Below are positions 37,101-47,680 of a DNA stretch of 64,000 bases, one piece after another. A model generated the notes under the pieces. It was given only the letters and a program-made list of their open reading frames with translations. It ran no database searches and was not told the origin of the DNA. The stretch is from Thraustochytrium aureum (lineage: Eukaryota): NCBI GenBank assembly GCA_012862495.1, contig BLSG01000001.1, positions 72,638 through 136,637 of the forward strand, written 5' to 3'. Position 1 is the first letter of the stretch. Every line of letters starts with the position of its first letter. The translations under genes and the position numbers were made by a program.

Positions 37101-40100
37101 GGGCAGCTGAACGCTCGTGCGAACAAGATGGCCCGGTCGATCCGCGCGAGTGTCGGCGCCGCGATCGCTGCTGACGCCAATGGCGTTGTCGCGCTCTTCC
37201 TCGATCGCGGCCTCGACACGGTCGTCTCCATGCTCGCCGTGCTAAAAGCAGGGGCTGCCTATCTCCCGATTGCGCCAGACTATCCGGAAGAGCGCACACG
37301 CTTCATCCTTGAAGACGCGCGACCGGTGGCGCTGCTCACCCAAGAATCGCTCCGCACACTTGCGAGCTCGTTGTCGGGAGGGACGCTGCCTATTGTTTTC
37401 GTCGAGCAAGCAGACAATGTCCGGGACGGTAGCAACCTGCGCGAGGTGAGGCGCGAGTCGACCGACATGGCATATGTGATTTTCACGTCGGGGACGACTG
37501 GCAAGCCGAAGGGCGCAATCGTTGAGCACCACAACGTGATGCATCTGACGACCGCGCAAGAGGCGTTCTTTGGGATGGACTCGCTCCGTCGCACGATCTT
37601 CTTCGCCGCTTACGTCTTCGATGCCAGCGTGTGGGAGCTTACGCCAGTCTCTTTTGCGGGCATACCATTTATATCGCGCACGACGCGGTTCGAAAGGACG
37701 CCGCTGCGCTCGGTCGGTTCTTGCAGGAGAACCGCATTCAGATGGCTACACTGCCCCCAGTCCTTGCCCAAGTACTCGACGGCGCAAAGCTCAGCGCTTT
37801 GCGAAAGTTGGTCGTGGCTGGCGAGGCGCCGCCTTTGGACCTTCTCGAGCGAGAGAGTGAGTGCCGGGATGTGTACAACGCGTGCGGGCCTACCGAATGC
37901 ACGGTTTGCTGCTCGGTTCACCTCTTCAAGAAAGGTGACTTGGCCACAAACATCGGCAAACCCATCGCCAATACGCACTTGTACATTCTCGACGAGAACC
38001 GTGCTCCCGTCCCAGTTGGCGCTCCCGGCGAGCTCTACATCGGCGGCGCCGGCGTGGGCCGCGGCTATCTGCACAGAGAAGAGCTTACGGCGGAGCGGTT
38101 CGTCCCGTGCCCGTACGTCGACCTTTCGGACACGGCTACTGCGGCAGGCCCTCGGCCTGGCCGGATGTACAAGACGGGTGACCGAGCCCGCTTCCTGCCG
38201 AACGGCGACGTCCATTACCTCGGTCGCGTCGACAACCAAGTGAAAATTCGCGGGTTTCGGCTTGAGCTTGGCGAAATCGAGGCTGTTCTAGGCGAGCTGG
38301 CCGGTGTCGAGCAGGCCGTCGTTATCGACCGCGTGGCAAAGACAGGGGCCAAGTTTCTTGCCGCGTACATTGTGGGCGTCTTTGACGAGGCGAAAGTGCG
38401 GGCTATGCTCGCGGCCAAGCTCCCAGACTACATGGTGCCGAGCACATTTACTGCCATCGACTCCGTTCCTCTGACGATCAACGGCAAGCTAGACCGCACC
38501 GCGCTACCTGAGCCAGAGCTCGCTTCTCGCCAGACCGATTGCGTTGCGCCTCGCAACGACCTCGAAGCGCGCCTGCACGCGATGTGGACGCAAGTCCTTG
38601 GGCTCGACGGTCTCAGCGTGACCGACAACTTTTTCAGCGTCGGGGGCAACTCGATCCATGCCGCCCAGCTTGTGGCGGTTAGCGACGGGGAAGTCAGCGT
38701 CGGCGACGTTTATGAGCACAAGACGATCGCGGGGCTTGCCAAAGCGCTGGAAGCTCGCCTTGCCAAGCAGGGCTTTGCTTTCCAGCTCTCGCCCCGCGAC
38801 AAGTCCTCAGGCCCCGCGCTCCTCTCCCACGCGCAAGAGCGACTATTGTTCTTGCAGGAGCTTGACCGCGAAACAAGCAAGGCGTACCATATCCCCTACT
38901 TTGGGAAGCTAGCACCTGGCGCGGACGCAAGCCGGCTCAAGCGCGCTCTCAACGCGGTCCTCGAACGGCACGAGATCCTCCGGACGGTGTACCGCACGGC
39001 GGGGGACGCAGGCGAAACGGCACACCAGGCTCGCGCCGCGCGTCAAGTTATTCTTGATGGAGTTAACCTCAGGGTGCGCGAGAGGGTGTTTGCATCAAGT
39101 GCGGACGCTCGCGAAGCGGCTGCCGCCGACGCGCAGCGGCTCTTCAATCTTGACCGCGATATCCCTTTTCGCGCTTCGCTCTACACGAGCATGGACGGTG
39201 CTCAGTACCTCCTGCTAGTATGGCACCACATTGCGTTTGACGGGTGGTCGCTAGACGTGTTCCTCAGCGAGCTCGTCCAAGTTTATCACGGCATCGACCT
39301 CGGCGCTGCGCCGCGCGTTCAATACGCCGACTACGCTNNNNNNNNNNNNNNNNNNNNNNNNNNNNNNNNNNNNNNNNNNNNNNNNNNNNNNNNNNNNNNN
39401 NNNNNNNNNNNNNNNNNNNNNNNNNNNNNNNNNNNNNNNNNNNNNNNNNNNNNNNNNNNNNNNNNNNNNNNNNNNNNNNNNNNNNNNNNNNNNNNNNNNN
39501 NNNNNNNNNNNNNNNNNNNNNNNNNNNNNNNNNNNNNNNNNTTTTGGACTGATGCGCTCTCCGGCGCCCCGACGCTCCGCCTCCCGCTGGATCGCCCTCG
39601 CGCAGGTGGTGCTCATGCTGGCGGCGAAGTCGCCTTTGAAATCGACAAGGTCACTTCCGAAGCCCTCCGAGTGCTCGCCAAGTCAAACGAGACGACCATG
39701 TACACCGTTCTTCTTGCAGCGCTCTACGTGTGCTGCGGCGCGTCACCGACCAGACTGATCTAGTCATCGGCTCGCCCGCGGAAAACCGAGGGTCTGCCGA
39801 GACGCAGGCGATGCTGGGCTTCTTTGTCAATTCGATGGCCCTGCGAGCCAAGGTCGACGACGACCAGACAATCGTCGATTTCGTTCGTTATCTGCACGAG
39901 GTAGTTGTCTCGCCAGCCAAGCGGCACCAGGACGTCCCGTTTGACCGCGTTGTGCAGGCACTCGGGGTGGACCGTACCGCGGTGGGTGTGCATCCGCTGT
40001 TCCAGGTCATGTTTGCTGTGCAGCAATTCGGGAGCTCTGGGTCCCCGGCGGCGGGCCCAAATGGAGAAGGTCTTCCTCTCGTTCCTGAGCCGATCGACTA

Positions 40101-43077
40101 CAACCCGTCCAAGTTTGACCTGTGCATGATGCTCAATGACGCCGAAGCGAGTGTCAAGGGCTCGCTCGAGTTTGCTTGTGCACTCTTTGACCCGGCCACT
40201 GCGCGCCGCTTTGTTGATCGCTTCCTCACCGTGCTCAAGGGGATGGTGGCAGCCCCGAACGGCGCATTGCGAGAGATTCAAGTCCTCAGCGAGGGCGAGC
40301 GCATGCTAGCGCTTGGGCCTCTCGGCGGGTCGCTCGAGGGCGCGCCCAGGACGGGACTCCTCGACGAGACGTTTTCCGACCAGGTGGCTAGGTACCCGGA
40401 ACGCGTGGCTCTGGTTTGTGGCGACGTGAGGTACACCTTCCGTGAGCTGGACCGGCGAGCGAATGCTGTGGCGCGTGCACTTTGTGCCGCAGATCCTGAT
40501 CTCGGACCTGAATCGCTCGTCCCGCTGCTGATGACCCGTCGAGCCGAGGTGGTGGTGGGAATCATCGGCATTCTCAAGACGGGGGCAGCCTACGTCCCCA
40601 TTTCTTCCCGCACCCCAAGCGACCAGATTGATTTCATCGTCCAAGAGACGTGCGCGCATGTGATGCTGACCGAAGCTGAATTGGTAGGAACCGTAGAGGC
40701 GCTCAAGACGCGCGTTGCGCCTGTCTGCGTCGCGGACGAGCAAGACGATGCGGCGCCGCTTGTTGGGAAACAGCGAGCCCCCTCCGACTCTGCCTACGTC
40801 ATCTACACGAGTGGTTCCACGGGCCGTCCGAAGGGCGTCGTCATCGAGCACAAATCGGTGTTCGCGTTCATAGAGTCGGCAACCGAGGCCATGATGGCTC
40901 GGCCGAAGGTCGTCGCCAGCTTTTGCACTCACGCCTTTGACGCCTTTGTGCTTGACCTCTATCTCACCGTGCTGAGCGGCGGCGAGCTTCACATGCTGAC
41001 GCGCGACGTGCTGCTCGATCCCGTCCAAAGCTGCGCCTACCTTCGGGCGAATCGCGTCGAATTTGCACTTGCCACGACTGCGCTCTTCAACCAGCTTGTG
41101 CGCAGCGGGCAGCTGAAATGCGCCGTGGATGCTAACTTCCGCGAGTTTTGGTTTGGCGGCGAGGCCGCGAACGCGAAGATCGTGGAAGAGGCCGTGCAAG
41201 CTCTGCCAGGCCTCGCGATCCGCAACGTGTGGGGCCCCACGGAGACGACTGTGATTGGTACAGGTACCGAGCCGCTGGCCCCGAACGAGGACCTCATTAC
41301 CATTGGGCGGCCAATGCGCTACCGAAAGGCGTATGTCCTCGATCCTGCCGGGACGCAGCTCATGCCAATCGGTGCTGTCGGAGAGCTCTGCATGGGCGGT
41401 CTTTGCCTTGCGCGTGGGTATCTCAAGCGACCTGACATCACTGCTGCCGCATTCGTCGACGCCGGCGAGCTGGGGCGGATCTATCGAACAGGCGACTTGG
41501 TGCGCTGGACGGCAGAGGGTACACTCGAGTTCCTTGGCAGGAAGGACAAGCAGGTCAAGCTCCGCGGGTTCCGCATCGAGCTCGAAGCGATCGAGGCCGC
41601 GATTGTGGGGCTCGACTCTGTCTCACAGGCGGTTGTGATCGACACCACCATCGGCGGCAACCACATTCTTGCCGCGTACGTGGTACCCGTAAGGGAGAGA
41701 TTTGGTCCCGCCCATCTCGAGCCGTCTACACTGCTTGTAGACCTCGGAGTGCTACTGCCCGACTATATGGTTCCCTCTGCGCTCAACATCGTTGCCGAGA
41801 TCCCGCTCAACGTGAACGGCAAGGTCGACAAAAACGCCTTGCCCGCGCCTGAGCTGGTGCGGCAGCACGGTGGGCCCGGCAAAAAAGCGTCCAACCGACC
41901 CCCCACGCCGCGCGAATCTCTCATCATTGGTGTTTGGCGGCGCTCGCTCGACCTCGCGGAGGACTTTGAGCTCTCTGTGGCAGACAACTATTTCGACATT
42001 GGCGGAAACTCGCTCACGACGTCGCTGACGGCCTTCTTCATGCGGGAGGCCGGTTTCACGGGTGTGGAGATCAAAGACATCTTTGAAACCCCAACAGTTG
42101 AGGGCCTCGCCGAGCGGTTCGGCACCGAGATTGAGCCGCAAACGCCTCCGTCTCCGGCTTCGCAGCGCTCTCCGCCGTCGCCAAGCGCAGCGTCTCGCGA
42201 GGCGCCGCGATCGCCGACATCAAAGGGACTGACACGCCGGCGGAGTTCGCTAGTGCGCTTTGAGACGCGGGTGATACCGCGGCACTGCTCGACGGCGCGC
42301 CGCGTCAAGCTCGTCCGCAAGTTTATGACTTCGTGCGACGGCAGGCCGTACATCTTTCTTGTCCACCCAGGAGGGGCAAACGCTTCAGTGTACAAATCGC
42401 TCTCGCGCGCCCTCTTCGATAACCTGCACGTCAATCCAAAGGGCGTCGACGACGATCTCATCGTCTCGGCCCGCAACGGAGCAGAGATGAACTGCTTGGC
42501 GGACATCGCAAACGCGTACGCGGACGAGATTATCGCGGCAAACGCGAAGGCGTTTGATCAGTCGCCAATCTACCTGCTTGGCTGGTCGCTCGGCGGGAAA
42601 ATTGCCCTGGAGGTCGCCCAGCTCCTCCTCCAACGCGGCCGGAGCAGGGTTCACGTTTTCTTGCTCGATTCATTCGTGAATGTGAGCGAGCTCAGCTCGG
42701 CGCCTTTGCCCACCGAGGCGGAGACTCGCGCGACGCTTGAAAAGGAGTTGGAGGGCCAACCGAAGGCATACGTCGATGAGCGGCTTCGCACGATGCTCCT
42801 GGAGCACAGGATTGCCAACGAACCACTGAGCTTTGACAAGCTGCGCGGCGTCGGCGTCACGCTCTTCAAGGCTGGCTCGGTCAACCCTAAGCTCGACGCA
42901 GCGACTGCGGCTGTTCTCAATGACATCGTTCAGTTCGCCGACAATGGGATCGGCAAGTACGTGGAGCGCCTGAACGTCGCTCACCTCCCCGGCGTCCACC
43001 ACGACAACATCCTCGAGGCGCAAGACGCCATCTTGGCTCACATGCGCGAAGCGATGGATCACATGACTCTCATTTGA
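25182..43077 (+). CDS. Multimodular non-ribosomal peptide synthetase, at least 5 modules: A-[T]-C-A-[T-E]-C-A-T-E-C-A-T-C-A-T-TE (brackets inferred in gaps)
   Basis: Five A domains (YxxY/FTSG(S/T)TGxPKG, TGD, QVK(I/L)RGxRxEL), four C domains (HHxxxDGWS), one nearly complete E domain plus the tail of a second, three visible T domains and a TE (GWSLGG). Consecutive ORFs join via 1-nt shifts near 27370, 28705, 30793, 32820, 33745, 37638 and 39730, and across 4 gaps. Confidence 0.95.
25240..26760 (+). other. NRPS A domain 1, Ser-like pocket (DVWHFSLIDK)
   Basis: FDVSVWE / TTLHFVPS / VFCSGE / HNLYGPTEAAIDV, aligned by eye to GrsA positions. Confidence 0.85.
27208..28370 (+). other. NRPS C domain, module 2 (LCL-like)
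   Basis: RHLILRT, HHIAFDGWS, IDHPRP, PFERIV..L..ERDLSRHPIFQV. Confidence 0.85.
28480..30023 (+). other. NRPS A domain 2, Thr-like pocket (DFWNIGMVHK)
   Basis: FDFSVWE / TVLNLTP / VIFGGE / VNMYGITETTVHVT. Confidence 0.88.
30742..32350 (+). other. C-terminal tail of an E domain (to about 30970), then DCL-like C domain of module 3
   Basis: AWSLD...LEVNGAVD..SGELEF...VVEH..KTPSDY is homologous to the E3 tail. It is followed by IYPATSLQRG..H, HHSIMDGWS and GSTVSGRD. Confidence 0.8.
32450..33904 (+). other. NRPS A domain 3, Asn-like pocket (DLTKFGEVGK)
   Basis: FDLSVTT / FVKTTP / LFLGGE / DEWGPTETCVGG. Confidence 0.78.
33940..35580 (+). other. NRPS T domain 3 (GGDS) plus epimerization domain
   Basis: DNFFHSGGDSISS, then PIQDWF, HFNQA, HHLVIDAVSWRI, TLEGIGR, SRTVGWFTTMYP, VPDKGLGFG and FNYLGQF. 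Confidence 0.93.
35675..36910 (+). other. NRPS C domain, module 4 (DCL-like)
   Basis: SATSLQQG..H, HHAIVDGWS and GTTVSGRD...VGMYVNTLP; directly follows the E domain. Confidence 0.85.
37015..38755 (+). other. NRPS A domain 4, Phe-like pocket (DAWTVAAVCK), plus T domain 4 (GGNS)
   Basis: FDASVWE / MATLPP / LVVAGE / YNACGPTECTVCC, then DNFFSVGGNSI. Confidence 0.78.
38820..40250 (+). other. NRPS C domain, module 5 (LCL-like)
   Basis: LSHAQERLLFL, RHEILRT, HHIAFDGWS, LPLDRPR, GFFVN, HQDVPFD and HPLFQV. Confidence 0.88.
40360..42120 (+). other. NRPS A domain 5 (unassigned hydrophobic pocket, about DALLWGVVIK) plus T domain 5 (GGNS)
   Basis: FDAFVLD / FALATTALF / FWFGGE / RNVWGPTETTVIG, then DNYFDIGGNSL. 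Confidence 0.8.
42345..43074 (+). other. Terminal thioesterase domain
   Basis: FLVHPGG...Y, LLGWSLGG (nucleophile Ser), LLDS and a C-terminal HDNIL His. Confidence 0.9.
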
Positions 43078-43882
43078 CCATTCAATTGAAATCGCGAGCC
43101 GAAAGCAGCACGGTGCACTTGGGTGCCTGCCTCTAGCTCTGGAGAGCACTGCAACATCCGAGTCGGCCTACCTACCTGTAACACGTAGAGTTTCACCCCA
43201 GATGAATGTTTGAGTTGGTTTGATTGAGCGATAATGTCTCGCGCTTGCCGCGTCGGCCTTGCCCGACGATCAACTTGCGCAGGTTGACGGGTTGCGGTTT
43301 GTGTCGCGACGGGAGGAGACACAACAGGGGAATGAATCCGCCGGCGACGGTACCGGCACGGGGAGCGTGGGCACTGGTGTACTGGCGAGTCTCCCCTGGG
43401 TTGTCGCGTGCTGAGAGGCAAGGCATTGGAGGAGCTTTGGCAGGCCAGGGTCGCCGTGGGAGAAATGAAAACGGAAAAGAATACGACCGCCTGGCCGCGG
43501 GTCCTCGCACCTAAGGGACTCACCAGCAAACACGGTGCTCGACAGGGCGCCGCTGCCACGGGCGCTGGCCTCCACTGGTCGTGCCCGCTGTCGCTCGCTG
43601 CCTGCGTCACGCGACTCGGAATGCAGGCTCTGTCTGTCGATGCTCCTCAGCAAAACAACGTCCCCGCGTCTCGCTGCACAACCTGCACAACAGCGAGTTG
43701 CCAGCGAGTGTTCAGTCAAAAATCAAATCATGAAAAGCAATCAGTTGACGTAGAGTTGGTTGGCCTGACGGCATTGTCCAGCCCGAGCTGTTTGCGAAAC
43801 GCAGCAGATGGCCGCAGTCGCTCGTTGAGGGCTCCCCTCGAACCTCCACACGCTCGGCGCACTCACTGCCTCGACCCGAATG

Positions 43883-45356
43883 TCACTGTGACATGGCCTC
43901 AGGAAAGCGGATGACGATGTCGACGCTCATTCCTTGCGGATAGATCGGGTCGGTGACTGTGAGCACATCGCCGTCCGCAACTAGTTCGGCAAGCGATTTG
44001 TCGAGGTTCGCCAAGGTCTGCTGGCGCAGTGCCTCTGGCTTCTGGATGAACAGGGAGAGCCCTGGCTTTGCAATGGAGGGCTTTTCCAGCTGCAAGGCTG
44101 GATCGGCAATGAGGTCGTCGATGAACTCGCGCAGGGTCATGCCAGGGCGCGGCGACTTTGTGATCTCGGTCGCGTCGCAAACCGGGCAGCCTGCCTTCTT
44201 GCCGTATTCGAACGTGTAAGTGTACACGCCAGCAGTTCCGTTGTACATCCAGTACGAGTTGAGGCTCTGCGAGGCCCACGAGAGGACCTTGAAGGCCTCG
44301 TTGACGCAGGCCGCCGCGATGATTGCGTTGGTCGAGGCTACCGCAGGGATGATGTTTTTGACGACCCCCATGGTGAGCATGTAGGTGACCCCCTCGATTC
44401 GGAACAGCTTTGCGCGCTCCAGCGCGTTTTCGTAGATAAAGTGCATGTGCGCGGCGTCGTCCTTGTCGAGCTTGTCAGTGCCAAACCGGTCCACGAACTC
44501 GTCGTAGATGCGATCGGCCTCAGGGTTGGACAGCGACTTGTTGACTGCGAACAGGATGTACGCAATGCAGTGGTCGGGCTTGCGCGGTGTTTCGGCCACG
44601 GTACAGAGGGGAAAGTGCGTCTGCGGAGGAAAACTTTCCATGCTGCACTCGAAACAAGAGGTGATGCGTGGCAAAATCAACCGGGCTTGGCCTTTGAACG
44701 CCTCAGAGCCGCCGTCGACGAGCGGAATGATCGAGTCTGGGTTGATGTTGCCGTCGTCGTCGACTTCGACCATGCTCACGAGCAACGAGTTGAGCCAGCG
44801 CCTTTGGAGCGCCGTCACGCGCCACGGATCTAGTCAGTCTGGGCAGGCCCCCGAATTTGCAACGCACGCCAGCCCGGCACGCCAGCCACTCGGCAGCTCC
44901 CTCCCGGAGACAAATCACTCACCTCGCTTTGATGTTGTCGAGCCCGGCGATGATTACGTTAAACTCGCGGTAAAAGTCCTCGTCCTTGTCCTGGATCGGG
45001 CAAGTGCTGAATGTCACGTTGACGCCTGGCACGCGTTCCTTGATAAACTCGGCCGCCACTTCCGCTTTCATTCGACCAACGTCCTTTTGCCGGAACAGGA
45101 ACTGCCGGTTCAGGTTGGTCACGTCGATCGTGTCCAGGTCCACCACATGGATCGATTTGAACCCGCTCAGAGCCAAGTTTTTCAGTATCTCGCATCCGAG
45201 CCCACCAGCCCCGATCACGAGCACGTTGGCCGCTTTCCCAATAAACTCCCTCGTCTCCTGCCCGGGCGCAAACTCTCCATTCGGCAGGCTGCCCGTTTCG
45301 TTGCCGAACGGGGAGGGCCGCGACAGGACCACGTCGACACCGCTCAGCATGTCCAT
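43883..45356 (-). CDS. UBA3: NEDD8-activating enzyme E1 catalytic subunit; intron 44802-44922
   Basis: [39 protein letters not shown] and IIPAVASTN. Splicing GTGAGT...AAG restores [12 protein letters not shown] in frame. Confidence 0.95.
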
Positions 45357-45924
45357 GGCTCGTTCGTGTCTTGTTGACCACGGCGAGCAGGAAACAACAC
45401 AAGCAAGCAAGTGAACGAGCAGCGCTCTCGGCCAAGCGCCTAGCCGCCTTGTGCTTCTCGCTCGCTTCGGCGCTCTCTGCTGGAGAGGGCGCAGGCACGC
45501 CTTCGGAGCCCTCGCGTGCAGGTGGTTTTCCTTCGTTGGCGTTGGGGGTCTGCTTCTTCTACTGAGCCGATGTTTCGTTGTTGTTCACAGGTTGCCCAGC
45601 CAACCTCTCCAGCATGCTCGGGCGTCGAGCGCGCTGGCCACCTCGACGTGGCCGCTGCGCAGCGGTTGCGTCGTTGATCAAGAGGATGCGCTGCGCTCTG
45701 CTGCCGGGGGCTCGGAGGCTGGGGCGCTCGTTGGGCACGGCGAACGAGCCACGCTCGGCTCATGAAGTGGTCTCATAAAGATACACTAGGAAGTAGAGTA
45801 GCTGTCTCGCCTTGGGAATGGGCTGGGCGGCACGGCAAGCACGAAGCACAGATGGAGCTCCTAGTTCCGAGGATTGAAATTGGATGGGAAAATAGGAGTT
45901 CTTTTGCCTATCGCCGAGTTCGAC

Positions 45925-45990
45925 GCGAGTGCGCAGTGTCGCGCATGAACACCGTTTGCGAGTGCGCAGTGTCGCGCATGTACACCGTTT
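45925..45990. repeat. Tandem 33-bp direct repeat (2 copies, 1 mismatch)
   Basis: GCGAGTGCGCAGTGTCGCGCATG(A/T)ACACCGTTT at 45925 and 45958. Confidence 0.9.
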
Positions 45991-46014
45991 GGGCAGCGCG
46001 GCGAGCCCCATAGA

Positions 46015-47586
46015 TCAGCGCAGAACGTACTCGACTGCCTGGTCATTGTTGATTACGAGCGAGATGTCGATCTCGCGAGGGTTGGTGGCGTTGCGCTTGT
46101 AGGCAAGCTCGACATGGATGGCCTCGTCCGGCGCGACCTCCAAGGGCTCTCGAAGGGGGAGCACCGTTTGCACCCAGTGCGTCTGTGTGGACTCGCACGC
46201 GGTAGAGAGCACGAGGCCAGATTCCACTGCCATGAGGCAGTCGAAGGACACGACGATGCCCGTAAGCGGGCCAGCGCGAGCCGCGCGCAACGTCACGGCC
46301 GAGGTAAAGTCAAGCTCGGCTTTCGTCACGGTCTGGATGTCGATGTCGAAAGCGCAAACTCGGTCGGTAACTATGGAGCTCGGGGAGACCGGCTCGACCT
46401 GTGGGTCAGTAGCGCGGAGCCGATCGCGCACAGCAGAAAAATCAAACCCATAGACGTCGTTCCAAAACGCTGCGCGAGCCTCGTCGCAGTGGCCCTGCAC
46501 GAAGATGCTGGCCCCGCACGGCACCATGATACCTCCAGGCTTGAGGCATTTGTCTCGCGCGTCGAGGACCGAGTCAAGCATCGACTCAAACAACAGGCCA
46601 TACCCCATCCACTCAGAAACGATTACGTCTGCACGGGGCAGCTGGTCCTCTGCGAGCTCCTCGAGGCGACCGCGCTCGACGCGGATTCGGTCAGCGAAGC
46701 CGTTCCCTGCAATTATCTTTTCAGCGAGCTCGGCGATTCGCGATCCCTCGACGCCCACGACAGAGCCTGCGCCGGCTCGCGCTGCAAAAAGGCAAAGAAT
46801 CCCCGTGCCGCAGCCAATGTCAAGGACAGTTGCGCCAGGCCGGCTGCCAACTACAGTTTGCAGCGCATCTCGGTATGACTCTGTCCGGGGCTTGTCCTTG
46901 AGCATCTCCTCGTGGATGTCCAGGTGGCCGTACGATTCAAAGTAATAGTCGTCGTCCTTCGGCGGGGCGCGGCCACGCCGCTTGCCGCGGGTTGGCGCTG
47001 TGGGCGGCTTTGCACCGGGCTGGCCATCGTCTGCCTCGTTCTCGCCGTCTGTGTCCGATTCGGCGCCGACCTCGTCGAGCAGCTCTTTAATCTTGGCGCG
47101 GCAACGCGCCAGCTCTTCCTCCAGCAGAATAACACGCTCCGCATCGCCGACGGCGCCCCCGCCATCCGCCTGCTGCGCGTCCTCTCTTGCAGAGTCAAAC
47201 GAGCCCTGAAGGGAAGCGAGGTGCTGGCTGATCTCGTCAAAGCTGTACAAAAGAGGATCATCGAGAATGACGGGGCGCAACAGCGCCTCGTCGTCGGCCA
47301 GATGCACGCCCTCCTCTGCGTCTTTGACAATCTCGCTCACCGCCCTGCCGTCCATGACCCCTTTCCTGCAAAAGTTGACGAGGCGAATCCACTCGTACTC
47401 GTCCCTCACCTTGACCTTGCCGCCCACATCCAACCCATGCTCCCCGCGGCATTTGTCGAGGCAAGCAGCCGGGCTTGCAAGCACTTGCGAGCCAAGGAGG
47501 TCCACGCAGGCCTCGTCGTTCTCCGACCAGTCGACGTCCTCTGCCTCGTCGTCCACCCTGCGGACACCATTTTCGGCCGACTGCAT
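46015..47586 (-). CDS. PRMT3: Type I protein arginine methyltransferase, PRMT3-like
   Basis: YFESY..HEEMLKD..RT..Y, VLDIGCGTGIL, SEWMGY.L.FESML and THW motifs. The N-terminus has the PRMT3-type YEWIRLVNF...LRPVILDDPLL, with only remnants of the zinc finger. Confidence 0.88.
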   Translation of the reverse strand: MQSAENGVRRVDDEAEDVDWSENDEACVDLLGSQVLASPAACLDKCRGEHGLDVGGKVKVRDEYEWIRLVNFCRKGVMDGRAVSEIVKDAEEGVHLADDEALLRPVILDDPLLYSFDEISQHLASLQGSFDSAREDAQQADGGGAVGDAERVILLEEELARCRAKIKELLDEVGAESDTDGENEADDGQPGAKPPTAPTRGKRRGRAPPKDDDYYFESYGHLDIHEEMLKDKPRTESYRDALQTVVGSRPGATVLDIGCGTGILCLFAARAGAGSVVGVEGSRIAELAEKIIAGNGFADRIRVERGRLEELAEDQLPRADVIVSEWMGYGLLFESMLDSVLDARDKCLKPGGIMVPCGASIFVQGHCDEARAAFWNDVYGFDFSAVRDRLRATDPQVEPVSPSSIVTDRVCAFDIDIQTVTKAELDFTSAVTLRAARAGPLTGIVVSFDCLMAVESGLVLSTACESTQTHWVQTVLPLREPLEVAPDEAIHVELAYKRNATNPREIDISLVINNDQAVEYVLR

Positions 47587-47630
47587 CCTGGCAGCTGCCG
47601 CTGGCACGCACAAGCTCCCTTTCACAGCAA

Positions 47631-47680
47631 CGCACGCACGCACGCACGCGCGTAGGCAGGCAGGCAGGCAGGCAGGCAGG
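47631..47680. repeat. Microsatellites (GCAC)n and (GCAG)n
   Basis: Read directly. Confidence 0.9.

Noticed and set aside
25182..43077. NRPS as a pseudogene, or as several genes using programmed frameshifting
   Set aside because: Similar 1-nt shifts hit U2A', CHY, hexosaminidase, Rod and the giant protein. Catalytic motifs are intact and I saw no nonsense decay, so sequencing error is the simplest explanation. Reads are still needed to confirm.
25182..43077. NRPS as bacterial contamination scaffolded into the contig
   Set aside because: Both ends are gap-free with eukaryotic genes, GC and codon style look like the neighbours, and no operon partners or obvious Shine-Dalgarno site are present.
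43078..43882. Tailoring gene or attR downstream of the NRPS
   Set aside because: Only short motif-less ORFs and no copy of the tRNA 3' end. It is probably convergent UTR or intergenic DNA.
45925..45990. CRISPR repeat or att site
   Set aside because: Two abutting copies with no spacer and no integrase. It is a simple tandem duplication.
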